A stretch of 63,179 bases of DNA, counting the filler, from Phoronis australis (lineage: Eukaryota > Animalia > Phoronida), in assembly GCA_002633005.1 (NCBI GenBank). It is 6 parts of 6 records of this genome, joined end to end, with 100 filler letters (N's around TTAATTAATTAA, not from the genome) between each part and the next. Parts side by side here need not be neighbours in the genome. Positions count along the whole stretch, not along the records: positions 36,076 to 48,645 come from NMRA01000701.1; 5 more parts are not named here. One strand, written 5' to 3'. This document shows positions 37,100-48,745 of this stretch, piece by piece (the stretch's first letter is position 1; every line of letters begins with the position of its first letter). The translations under genes and the position numbers were made by a program. The notes beneath the pieces were generated by a model, which saw only the letters and a program-made list of their open reading frames with translations, was not told the origin of the DNA and made no database searches.

Positions 37100-40000
37100 C
37101 TAGTAGAAAAGAAATGAAGCGTGCTTTGTCAAATTAATAGTTATGCTGCAATTATATTTCAGACAGTTCTTGAGGCCTTCTTTTTGGCGGAAGTGGATGA
37201 ATGTAAATGAACTTCAGTGATTTTACAGTCTGAAAATTTCTTTGCAATATTTCCTTTCACTGATTGATAGGGTAAAAGCCACGTGACTTTAAAGGCGAAG
37301 GCAACATTTTTCATATCATTTTTAGTAAAAATACGGTCCGTTGATTATTCCAGACATATTTTTCAGTTAATTACAGCTACTTAATTAATTAATCGTGCCC
37401 AACTCCAGAAGTGACGTTTAGGGGGTAATGAGTTTCCCGCCATTTCCTTTTTATATCGTCTGACTGTGTAAGCTGTCGATTCGATCAATGTTTTACCTCA
37501 GTTGTGATAACTTCGGTCGTCAGTCAACATGCCGCACGGTTGCTGCGTATCGGGATGTACTCATTATTGTATCACGCACACTTTGGGTATGCCATTAAAG
37601 GTTTCGATGACACACTCCGCCGTACTTGGCTCGTTCGTGTGAAGAACGCAGCGTTACCCGTCCACGCAACGTACAAAGCAGTGGAGAATTACCGAGTATG
37701 TAGGAAGCATTATCTGCCATTGGATATACGAAAGAGATATGCGTACGCTGAATTGATGAAGGTTCCTGAAAAAACAACGCCTGAAGAAGGGTGCCATACT
37801 GTCGCTGCTGATTACCGGCAGTGCTCCGTCGCCACCTCGTCGAGAAACCTCGCGAGCTGTGACCTGTGCAGTGACTGGAGGGCCTTCACATCTGCTGTCA
37901 CCCGTGCCTGCGAACGTAACAGAGCGTTCAATTCCGAGAACTAACAGTGCTTTGTCCTGCCTGTGCTGGTGTTGTCTCCAGCCCAGAGCCTGTAAGCAGC
38001 CCTGCAGCGATGTTGAGTAGTAGGAGTGAACACAGGCCCAGTTCGACACCCACTGAGGATGACAGTTCGTTGTCCAGTGAAGAGGCCATCAACCTAGCTT
38101 GTCGTAGAATACTCATCGATGGGAAGTGGTGACGACAATTTTAGGAAGCCAGCACAAACACAACTGTAGAACAGATCCTCACAGTAAACTCAAAGGCAGA
38201 GACAAAATGGAGGAAAATTCTTAATCCCCAAAACGTCACTTCCGGAGTACGGCAAGACTGATTGATTAAATTACGAGAAGTCGTAATTAACTGAAAAATA
38301 TGTCTGGGATAATCAACGAACCGTAAAAGATGACATGAAAATAGGTTGCCTTCGCCTTTGACCTTAACTTTTTAAATGAATCATCTCTGATATAACCAAG
38401 CCTATAACAGTACATCTTTTGTATCTTTTCGCTGAAGTAACAAACACCGGTGACTAACTGAAATGCACCTTAAAAATTTGTGTTCCTTAAGTTTAACCAT
38501 ATTGCATGCTGACTAAACCTTATTTCATGTACGGACCTGCAACAGCCGAAGGCACAAATTTGTGTATAAAATGCTCATCGATGATTTCAGTTGGAATCAC
38601 ACAGAACTGGTACGTCAATTATGAATTACCGGAGACACCTGGAGATAAGTAACATCCAGTCTCTAGAAGCGATAAGAACGTGATCAAATCAACATTGTTA
38701 ATAGGGCTTATTTTCTCACCTATCAATCCATCCGTGGCCTCAGAAAATCCATCTTTTCGGGCAACGAAGAGTCCAAGAAAATCAACTTTGAATGGATGAG
38801 TAGGTCTCACCAATCGACGCACGACTTGCAGCTTTATTTTCGCCTCTCTGAATGCTATCATCATGCCATTCCGCTCGTAAATGGTAACGACTATAACGGA
38901 AAAGTGTAATGTACAACGATACCACACAGGCAGTTGTCACTAAGCTTTATAAACTCGCAACGAATTTGAAGACTGGATGGGTCAAGGCTTACTTTATTAC
39001 CGTGTTTCCTTCAACCTTCAGGCATAGCTCGACCACACCATAGGTGGCAGCACTAGGGCCTGCATATAGATCGCGGGCAAAAATTTGAGCAGAGTTGAGG
39101 ATTTTTTCTACCACTCGTCGAATAGGCAGCCCGCCGATGTCTCTTTTATTTTGTCAATAAAAATCTCAAAAATGTCTTAGGAACTGAAATCGAGTTGAGT
39201 AAATCCTGAGGTTCGTTCATTCCAAGCTCAACAATAATGCGCAAACGTTCGCAAAATTGTGAATATTCTTGACATAAAGACAACCGTTGCACACGTCAAA
39301 GAAGAGGTGTGCGCTAGCAGCCGTTGAGGAACCCCCACTGTCATTCAGACTGTAAGTTCAGCTCTTATTAGCAGGGTCCCCTGGTTTCCGCGGGGCAACA
39401 AACAACCGCTTAGGCTGCACTCAGTGGATAGGGACACTAATATGGCTTCGACTAGGTCTTATTTTAGGATCACAAAGATAGCGCTATGCTCTGCGTCACA
39501 ATCATTACTCAGCATTTTGGCAACTTCTTCATTATTTTCCGCCTTTTTCAAGAAACTCAGCAACTCATCATGATACTCGTCCGACATTATAGTGGGCTTC
39601 CACACCACTGTCAAGTGGGTAGGCCAGGCTACATACCTATTTCTCCCACACGAAATTCCTGATTGTGCCGCACGTGTTTCGTCCATTTATACGTAATTTC
39701 GTCGATGGTGATGTTGTGTGGCGTGACGATGATGGTGTGACCTCGTCCAAGTATAGATATGTATCCAAAATAGGTCTTATTGGAGTGTTCAACTTTACTG
39801 ACTATACGTCCATTGGAGACTAGACCTGTAAAGCACCAAAACGATTGTTATAGAGCTTATGTTTTGAGAACTATTAATAACAAAAGCAATCGGACAACTT
39901 TGTACCAAGTACTGAGGATACGGGCAGTATTGTAGCAGCTGTAGAGTTGAGAGTACAATAGCCTATGGCAGAATCACTAAATCAGTATTTAGTCTCCTTT

Positions 40001-43000
40001 TGTGGAAAAACGTCTGAACCACTACGTTAAAGAAATGAAATTCAATATGGTATCTGTTATTGCAGCCTGCAAAGAGGACAGTCTATCTGTGTTTGCACGA
40101 ACACCGCCCTTTTAAAGACTGTCCGCGCACTTGCAAACTATTCATTGTTTACGAGTCTAGTAACAAAACCCTTTATAACAAATATATGAAAATCGTAAGT
40201 AACGCCGCCGACAGGCTAAAAAAGTGTGTCTTATCTCCCCTATAAACCATAAATTGACGGAACAGAGCGCCACCGGCGTATGAGCATTTTGCGGACGAAA
40301 AGGCGCGGTCTGAGAAGCGAATGAAACAACTTCGTTATCGGAATATTCGGACAACGACAATAAAGATGAAGACCACAGACTTGATCGTGTAGCTTTCAAA
40401 GGAATGCTTTTCGTCTTACTTAGTACCGCAAAACGCAATATCATAGTCAACCACCACAAGCTAACACCTGGTTTTAGCATCCTGTGAACTAAAGAGAGAT
40501 TACGCAGCTATTTCCCGCGTATTTTGGAAATCTGATGATTATCAGAGTTAAATAATAACTTGGTGCAGTCCGAATATTATTAAATCGTTAATTTTGACAT
40601 TTCTGACATCAACGACCTTCAAATGACAACAAACCCAAGCGCGAATCCTGAATCAGCTGGTACGTCTCTCCACGATGCCCTGTTACATCGAAACATAAGG
40701 GTCTGTCCAGACCATCCACGGGAATCAAAAAGTGCGGATCTCCACCGGCGCCTGTCGGAAATAAGATGAACATTGCAAACAAGTATTATATCTTGATAGC
40801 CGATAAGCCCCACATACGCTAGAATGACATACAGTACAAAACAACACGATGCAACAAAAAGACACAACGAAAGTACACTACCATACATTAAGCTGCAATA
40901 AAATGCAATAGAAAACTGTATAACGGCCAAAACTACAGATTACGAAAGTTGTGCAAAACAATTGTTCGAAACCAGATTGTGACCCAAGAGCAAACGATCT
41001 TATAACTAAGAGGTTGTTAGTGGAGAATAGACAACATAGCGAACAAACGTATCTTGAGCCGTGAATTTCCATACGAGCCCCCATAGCACAGGACAGAGGT
41101 TTAGCAAAATGTGGCAAAATATCATTGATTTTTCACTGAACCCTTTTGGTCCCTAAAAGTGCCGTTGAAATATTACAAGTTTATCGACGACTTGTCAATC
41201 GAAACGTCACCGAATTACTCTTACGGTGGCCAAACTGCCTGGTCTTCCGAGTCCTAAACCGATGGTTCGTCGGACTCCCCGTTACAGCACACTGTACATG
41301 GAACCGTTTTAACTTGGAGAAAAAAGCCCGAAAACTAGACCAACCACTTTGAATTGCCAATGACTTATTGCGAATCGATCAAAATGTTATTTGATTCGGA
41401 TTTACACACTAATACTTGTCCATTAAACGGTTGCTTGGTTGAAACAAATCACTCCTCCGACGCCCCCATCAATGAGTTTAATTATCTAATATCAAGTGTA
41501 GTCACTTACTACCTTTTAAAGCACTTTTAAATTAAAGACCAGCGCTGAACAAGAATTCTGTATTAAGTAAAAGTACACGCTTCCGAAAGAGCATAACACT
41601 TTGTTTGGCGGAAGAACTCCTCTGGGGGCGTTTTGTGGACGCAAAACCATGCCTATTGGGAAATAGATATTTCACTCTTATGTGCTCTCTCCGAAACCCC
41701 TTTCGAATATACCCACGTCACACTTCTAACGGGGAGTTGAGTTAAAAAGATGTTTTATACATGAAAGGGACACTAGATTGACACGGTTGCATCAATTGTC
41801 GCCCATTTCCTAATTTTTAATGGTATGTAATTTCATCTTATAGGATCTTCTTTCGGAGAGGGGTCCCAATGATGGAGCCAATTGCCACTCTTTGGGAGTT
41901 TCGTGAGAATATGCTTGGAGAGAACCCGCAGGTGTTTTAATCAATTGTCATCCTATTCCATTTTCTAAAACACATTACGAGCCCTCTTGGATGAGATCCG
42001 GAGCTATTGCTTCAAATTCTCCGCTATACATCCGACACAAACCTTATTCAAAGATTAATTTCATTGACCACAAAGAACAAATATAACAGAAATAAAAAAC
42101 TTACTTCAAAACAAAATAAATTTAACAAAATCCATTTATTCAATGAAATCAAATTATTACAGGTATATGTTATAAAGTTATTTCATAAAGTTCTACAAAG
42201 TTCGCACTTACCCGCTCCCCTGGCGGGAGATGGGCCACGTACGAAACCGATGCCACGGTCATTATTAACTCCTGCAATAGCAAGATAGTACAATTCATAA
42301 TAACAATAACAATAATTAATAACAATAATAATGATAAAATAATACTAATTACAATCGTTGAATATCTTGCTTACTTTTACGTGGTCTAGTGTTAAGGAGA
42401 TCGCGAGGACCTGAGGTCGTAGCTGCGGCTACAGATGGCGCTGTCGTTGCAGCTTCAGTTGAATCATCGTCAGGTTTAATCACAAGTAAAGACGTGAGTG
42501 GCGTGACGAAGTGGTACTGAAACATTCAAACACAGATGTCATAATTCTTGTCCAGGTTTGTAGGAACAGTTGGTGAAAACGTAGCCATTAGATCGAAAGT
42601 CTGGCTATTCATTCAAGGAGGGGGGAGAGGGGATACCTAGAGAGACGATTTAAGGTAACGTACCCAGAGGCGAGGATTCTCCGATAGTGTATATAATGGG
42701 TGGCTAAACAAAAATATTTTAAGGGGCGCCAATTGTAATTCCTAAGAACACCAATAAATCGATCAGCGTCCTTAAAATTTGTGCCGGATGTTTTTGCGGG
42801 ATTTTTCTAATACGTTTCGGGCGAGGGGGTTCAATAGAGATCCAACACAAGCCGAGCCCGCTGCAGTGCGGGGGACAGTTTCCGACGAATTTTCCTTTAA
42901 ACACTTTTATTTATTTGAATTCGTTATCAACACACCTTCAAAGACAGCTGAAGAGCACGCTCTTTCAATTTGGTCTTCTCGTCAGCATCTTGCAATTTCA

Positions 43001-46000
43001 GCTCTCGGTCCAGCAACTTCTTTATAGTTAAATAGGCCCATAAATTTTCCGTGAACTTGCCTACTGTGTCGGTAGATGGCGGCGATGACGTTGGTTCTTC
43101 GGGTAAGAGATTTGTCTCGCCGTCAAACACCAGGCTCCCAAAATTTGACTGAGCTGCAATATTCAAAAGCACTCCTTATCTATGTGAGGAACAAGAGTTC
43201 AGGCCAAGCAATCTAAATCAACTATTCGCTCCTTGGACTGAAAGACGTGTCTGTGACTTCTCTAAAAACCCTTTCTCACGTTGATTTGGCCTTGTAAATC
43301 TAGGTCCTGACAAAAACAAGCTTCCCCTACGTACCTGAAACCTGTGCCACCAGGTTTGCTCCTGATTTCCAAGAGGGTAGAAAGCCACTGACGATGATTT
43401 CTGATCCATTGAAGTAGTTGCTGAATGTAGTCTCTGTGGTGACCGACTCATTAACGTCCACACCGAGGTAACTTATAGGGAAAATAATGTCAAAAAAGTC
43501 AAGGTAACGGAAAATTCTACACCTTGATGTTTTCAATCACTAGGTTAGACCGGTACTTGGGATCTATTCTTTGCACTCGAAAAGTTTTTGTTGTCATTTT
43601 TTGTTCTGCTTGAATACCAATTCAAATAATTGTCTATGCTTGTGTGCTCGCGTATGTTATGGTTTACATTCTTGATTGCGTAATCCTATTTTCCACTTGA
43701 TGACCCCTGCATTAAAGTTGTAAGTTCGAGTCTGAACTTGGGCTCTCGCTTTTTCGCTCAAAATCTCTAATTTCTCCTCGAGTTTGCATCTCGAATCTTA
43801 GGGCCATCAAGTACAAAAGTGAACTAGACACTAATCTGCGTAAACACTACCATACTCCAGAACATAATAATAGGCAATGATCAAGAGATTGTGTTGAAAA
43901 AAATGGAAATATGTAAATCCTTAAACTGGAAAATGGAAAACATGAAAAATGTTTTTCGAGTTCCAATTCAAGTAAAAAGATTAGACTCCGAGCTCCGGGC
44001 TAAGAACTCTTGGAGATAGCGTAATTGCTTACTAATCCGACCCAATGATCAAAAATTCCCTAACGACTACGTTTCCTGCACGTACAGAAAGGTATTACAA
44101 AATAGTCGATGGTGATTGGCAGTCATGCCTGCATACCAGACAATCTTCACTGAACAAATTTAATGACGTCACTGCTGTACCTACTTAAATACAACATTAT
44201 TCAATAGCGGCGACTTGACTTCATCGTAGAAGCCCTGCAATATTGAAGCGCAGCGTCGGAGTCGGCAAATATCTTTCTAGCGAATCCTTTATTCTGAAGA
44301 GCCATCTGTCGGAGCAGTTTGAAGTCAACTCCATTTCCAAACCCTAAGGTGAATACCGAGAAGTTACCGCCGTTCTTGTTACGGATATTTTCCAGAATCT
44401 TTTCTTTGTTCGTCTCACCATCGGTAGGTGTCCCGTCGGTAAGAAAGAACAACATGGACGGTATTCGTGAGTTACTCTTGTTAGCGTGATTTTCCAAGAA
44501 CTTCATTCCGCGTAACGCAGCGTCGTTGATATTTGTACCTACAAAATGTCATACTAGAATTAACTGCGGATACAAACAGAGGACAGTAAAAACTAACTAT
44601 AGCCTTAAATATTCTCAAAATGAATCGAAATTACATCTTACACAAAACGGAAAATAGCTGCTATGCGTTTCTTGAAATTTCTCCGCTCTGCTTCTACAAG
44701 TGCTGCGGCATTGTCGTGTATTTCGATGTGCGCGGTATTCTATACCTTATTTGCATATGTGTACGTATAACTGAAGAGGCTTATTGTTCTGTCGCGCGTA
44801 GTCTACTTTCAACAGGCACTTAATGAGCAGATCACTTTAGGATAAGGTGTCGTACAGTACAAACGGGACTAAGGTATCATGTTTTGCAATTTGTGTACTT
44901 CTCGAATTTAGTTGTAATTGTACGTGCATGCCCTCACTAGCTAATACTGTTATACCGACTTTCTTTTCTGTAGATTCATGGAACGATGTAATGCAAATTG
45001 GAATGGTCAAATAGAAATAGTACCTTGTATGTGCGTGCGACATTTCCATGACATTGAATAATAAACGTTCCCGTACAACTTCTCATTTTCCAAACGACGC
45101 CCAGCTACACTGCTGTTGCAGAAAAGAGAAATAATCAATTTGCTGCTTCGTTAGGATCATTTCTTACCTCCAACGGCTAAAAAATTTCTGACAAACTTCT
45201 CGGCTTCTTTAACATTCTTTGGGGTTGCCGGGACCATCTCTACCTTGTTCCAGTAGCGAAGAAAACTCGAGAAAGTAATGATATTGAAGTAGTCGTTCGG
45301 CCGAAGGTCATTCAGAATGGTCAACATGGCGTCCTTCAGCTGTTGAAGTTTGTCACCGTGCATGGAGCCACTGGTGTCCAGAACAAACATGACGTTCTTG
45401 TCAGTCGGCATCAGATCGGGTGGGGCGAAGTAGTGGACAAAATATCCGTCAACTACCTAAAATTAAATGAAATGCCCTGGTTTCAGCACTTATGCAATGC
45501 CAGAGATAAACGCTATAGTTTGAAGTGCCATGCACTGAAAATGCATTGTGAAATTAAACTGTTATTGGTGACCACAAGTCCATGTAATTTGACCCAACAG
45601 GACATCTTTAGGTACCAATTAAAATAAAGACTGGCCGCTAGCTGCCGCGCAGGTGTGGATGGTATTTACGAATTTTCTAGTTAGGTTATCAGACTTACGT
45701 ACTTGTATTTCACCTATACCGGGCTGTCGGTCTACATCGTACTGAACTACAAACTGTCCCTGCATTCCATTTGACGAAGCTCTCGCCTGGTCTTCCGTTG
45801 TTGGATGAAAACGGATGTGGGCGGTGTTTGGCGATGTTCGATAGACGGTTGCCATGGGATTTTCTAACAAAATATAGGAGATACCCTTGCCATGTTTTCG
45901 TAATGGTTTGCAACTTGTTTGTACAACACGTTATATCTCTTGGAACTTAAAATAACAATAGATGGATACAATTCATCACTTTACTTCTGAATTTCTGGAA

Positions 46001-48250
46001 TCAACTGATCCTTTGGAAGAGAATATCAGAGTCAGTTCTGTGCAATGACGGAACACCTGCCCGCCAGTTTGTTCAAAACAACGTAATATCGACCAGTCAA
46101 AACATAAGCACGCCATGTCACCCACCAAAACCTTGCCTGAGATAGACGTAAAGCGTCCGGAAGGAGCATTTGACTTTTTACTGAAAGAGTGATCGACATG
46201 CGGTATGAACAATGGCCATGGCTTCGACTGTGAATAGCGTGAAGTCGACGCCACTTTTGGGCATTTAAACAAGGATGTAATTACAGTGTTCTCCACTGAA
46301 ACACCGATATCCTCCTGGCTTAAAAACGCTGCGGGCACACACGGCGTCGAACAGTTGTTGAAGTTAACTAACCGACTTCTGGAGTGCTGAGGTTCCCCGC
46401 ACCTTCACGGTGTTGTAACTGAATAACACATGACGGAATCTCGTGTGGATTTCGGCGGGTACTGCTTTGCCCCAAGTTGAACTTAGAATGACTAGAGTCT
46501 ACCACTTCCCGCTTCGGACATGGAGCTTGGTCAATGGGTGGCGCATCGCAGACTTCTTCAGAGTTGATCTGATCGAACGGTGAAATGATGAAAATTCTAC
46601 AGAAGTAGTAATTCTAGCGAAAATTGGTCGCTTCACTGGTATGTTTGGTACCACTAGCAAGGAACGCTTCTAACTTAAAATCAAGGTTGGACCAACAATG
46701 AACACAACGGATGGAGCTGTCATGTGGTTCGGTCGTGTGGACACGCCTGCATCATCGGCACAAGTCTAATACTAGAAAGTGTGCGTGTCCTGAGCTCAGT
46801 CCCATAGCAAGACTAGATTAGTTCTAATGGATTAATCGCAGCCAATTACGCACCACAAAATTCTTTAGTGTTAGTGTCATTCCTTGTACTAGGCCGATTT
46901 CGTCGTCATGTGATTATAGTGCGTATCTTTCTCCAATAGGCTGACCGCCACAACGACCATCAGGCACTGATAAAAATCTTCTTGTCGCTCGTTGGTGTTC
47001 TAACTGGATAGATGTGGACAGATTATGCCGTAGTTTCAGTTTTAGACAGCACCATTGTTTTAATGCCCTACTTGTGGGCGCTCTATTGAACGTTAGGTGA
47101 AATGCGCGTTTTCCACTCACACGAACGAACTTTGCTACGTAACTTGTGTGAGTTTCCAAAAGATGAATACAAAAACGTCCATCGCCTGCAAGGATGTCAA
47201 TTGTCAAGGCCGAAAGTTTTAAATTGATGCCATGCCGTTCCTAAACTAAGTAAATATCCAAAACTACGACCCACGGGGCATGGTGACCGCATCATACGGT
47301 AAAAAACAATATACAGCACCAACAGGCAATCGACCAAATACGAAAGAGATTGGGTTAAAGAATTGAGCGGATTTGAGAATTATCTGGAATTTCATTACTT
47401 AAGGCCTCACACAAGCAAGTTGTACAATGCAATATAGTTCTGGCACTCTCTGAACAGGAGAAAGTCATTGGCTATCGTTACTAAATTTTGGCTCTCTACA
47501 CGTCTGATCAAGGGAAATCAGTGGCTGTCGTTATCAAGTGACATAAATACCTTGAGTGACTGAGATTACGTTGGTGTTCTCGCTTTGGATAGGCGGCACG
47601 CGAACGTACGATAAATCACGAGACTCTTTGATGTAAACGTCTATACTAAATTCGGGTACAATCTGTCCGGCATCTACATACACCCTGTGCTCATAAATGC
47701 CCAGTCTACGCTCTAGCAACTCCTGGTACATCAAATTGAATTGTACGCTATCATTGCCTCCTACGTTAACCGACACTTTGAAATTGTTCACTTCTCTTTC
47801 CCTGAAACAACACGTACAATGTATTAATAGGCGTCACGATTGCAAACAACTAAACAATTCAACATAGTTGATGTTCTCCAGGAAAGCCCGTCTTGGTGAA
47901 AAAATGAAAATACAACATCAGACTACGATCCTCGATCACGCATTAATCGTCAAAACAAACCCGGAGAAATTATTTAAACTAGAGCATGATCAATCTCTAA
48001 TCGGGGAATTTTTAATTGTCAATTCTCAAAATTAGTGATGATTTAACTTCTTGAAATGCTCAGTTAAATGACATCGATTAGTTTGCAAAACACAAACTTG
48101 CTTCGCAAGAAAATACATGTATGTCTCAGCAGGAGTCACGTTTGCTCTACGTGGCCCGTGGTCTTTCCTTCAGACTTTGCCTTGTTGTATTCCCGTTTTG
48201 CTTTCTCTTTCTCTTTTACTTCGGCGTGATACGTTTTCCCGTCAATTGTC
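36858..48250 (-). CDS. Inter-alpha-trypsin inhibitor heavy chain-like protein (VIT + vWA + ITI C-terminal), 5'-partial, 13 exons, one frameshift
   Basis: Spliced product contains VKEKEKAKREY, YQELLERRLG, VDGYFVHYFAP, DTSGSM (MIDAS), GGTNINDA, LTDG, NYFNGSEIIVSG, LWAYLTI, FVTPLTSL, GGDPHFLI, DFLG, GLIGQF, DYLVPDL and a stop. Phases agree except for +2 nt at ~44241. Confidence 0.93.
37293..38357 (+). mobile_element. Kolobok-like non-autonomous DNA transposon with degenerate THAP domain, in the last ITIH intron
   Basis: TTAA|AGGCGAAGGCAAC ... GTTGCCTTCGCCT|TTGA with ~130-bp imperfect TIRs. Internal MPHGCCVSGC...RRTW...RVCRKHY...KGAILSL from 37529 (frameshifted) fits a THAP C2CH finger. Confidence 0.75.
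38720..38890 (-). CDS. ITIH-like exon (ITI C-terminal)
   Basis: VVTIYERNG...VDFLGLFVARKDGFSEATDGLI. Confidence 0.9.
39637..39825 (-). CDS. ITIH-like exon (ITI C-terminal)
   Basis: GLVSNGRIV...KTYFGYISI...FRVGEI. Confidence 0.88.
40635..40751 (-). CDS. ITIH-like exon with GDPHF cleavage motif
   Basis: GAGGDPHFLIPVDGLDRPLCFDVTGHRGETYQLIQDSRL. Confidence 0.92.
42212..42271 (-). CDS. ITIH-like small linker exon (phase 1-1)
   Basis: ttgcag|GAGTT...GCGG|gtaagt; RVNNDRGIGFVRGPSPARGA. Confidence 0.7.
42375..42516 (-). CDS. ITIH-like exon
   Basis: YHFVTPLTSLLVIKPDDDSTEAATTAPS...RPRK. Confidence 0.9.
42936..43153 (-). CDS. ITIH-like exon
   Basis: AQSNFG...FTENLWAYLTIKKLL...ALQLSLK. Confidence 0.9.
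43335..43471 (-). CDS. ITIH-like exon
   Basis: YLGVDVNESVTTETTFSNYFNGSEIIVSGFL...QVS. Confidence 0.9.
44185..44538 (-). CDS. ITIH-like exon (vWA end) with 2-bp frameshift
   Basis: GTNINDA...FFLTDG...DSDAALQ [extra TA] LQGFYDEVKSPLLNNVVF; AA|gtaggt donor. Confidence 0.88.
45168..45456 (-). CDS. ITIH-like exon (vWA start, MIDAS DTSGS)
   Basis: VVDGYFVHYFAPPDLMPTDKNVMFVLDTSGSMHG...FLAVG. Confidence 0.93.
45703..45863 (-). CDS. ITIH-like exon
   Basis: ENPMATV...GQFVVQYDVDRQPGIGEIQ. Confidence 0.92.
47551..47801 (-). CDS. ITIH-like exon (VIT)
   Basis: EREVNNFKVSVNV...YQELLERRLGIYEH...ISVTQ. Confidence 0.92.
48140..48250 (-). CDS. ITIH-like exon (VIT)
   Basis: TIDGKTYHAEVKEKEKAKREYNKAKSEGKTTGHVEQ. 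Confidence 0.9.
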
Positions 48251-48645
48251 CTAAGTGATAAATCTCATTTGGAAAGGTGCAAGCCAAATGTAGGACACAC
48301 TTTGCAGTAGCCTAATATACTATCAGTCTCGATTTGTCGTTGTAAGAATATAGGTTTTATAAGGTATTGAAAAAGAGTCGACTCCTAACAAAGTATTTCT
48401 TTCACAGATTCTTGGAATCACATATTTGTTCTAAGCAACTTCATTAATTCATACTAAATTGTGGCGTGGATACGTTTTCCCATCAATTGTACTAAGCGAT
48501 AAATCTCATGTGGAAAGGTGCAAGCCAAATGTAGGATGCACTTTGCAGTACCCTAATATGCTGTCAGTCTCGATTTGTCGTTGTAAGAATATATGTTAAA
48601 TAAGGTATTGAAAAAGATTCGACTCGTAACAAAGTGTTTCATTCA
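48223..48645. repeat. ~185-bp local duplication of an ITIH splice acceptor region (48223-48404 / 48463-48645)
   Basis: Two diverged direct copies about 240 bp apart. Confidence 0.85.
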
Positions 48646-48745
48646 NNNNNNNNNNNNNNNNNNNNNNNNNNNNNNNNNNNNNNNNNNNNTTAATTAATTA
48701 ANNNNNNNNNNNNNNNNNNNNNNNNNNNNNNNNNNNNNNNNNNNN
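48646..48745. other. Artificial contig spacer
   Basis: Ns flanking TTAATTAATTAA. Confidence 0.95.

Noticed and set aside
40421-40481. Signal-peptide-like segment MLKPGVSLWWLTMILRFAVL with AG/GT boundaries
   Set aside because: It lies inside an ITIH intron, gives an immediate stop in the ITIH phase, and has no partner exon.
45976-46900. 120-aa minus-strand ORF and GC-richer block in an ITIH intron
   Set aside because: No recognisable motif; the flanking ITIH exons already splice in phase without it.
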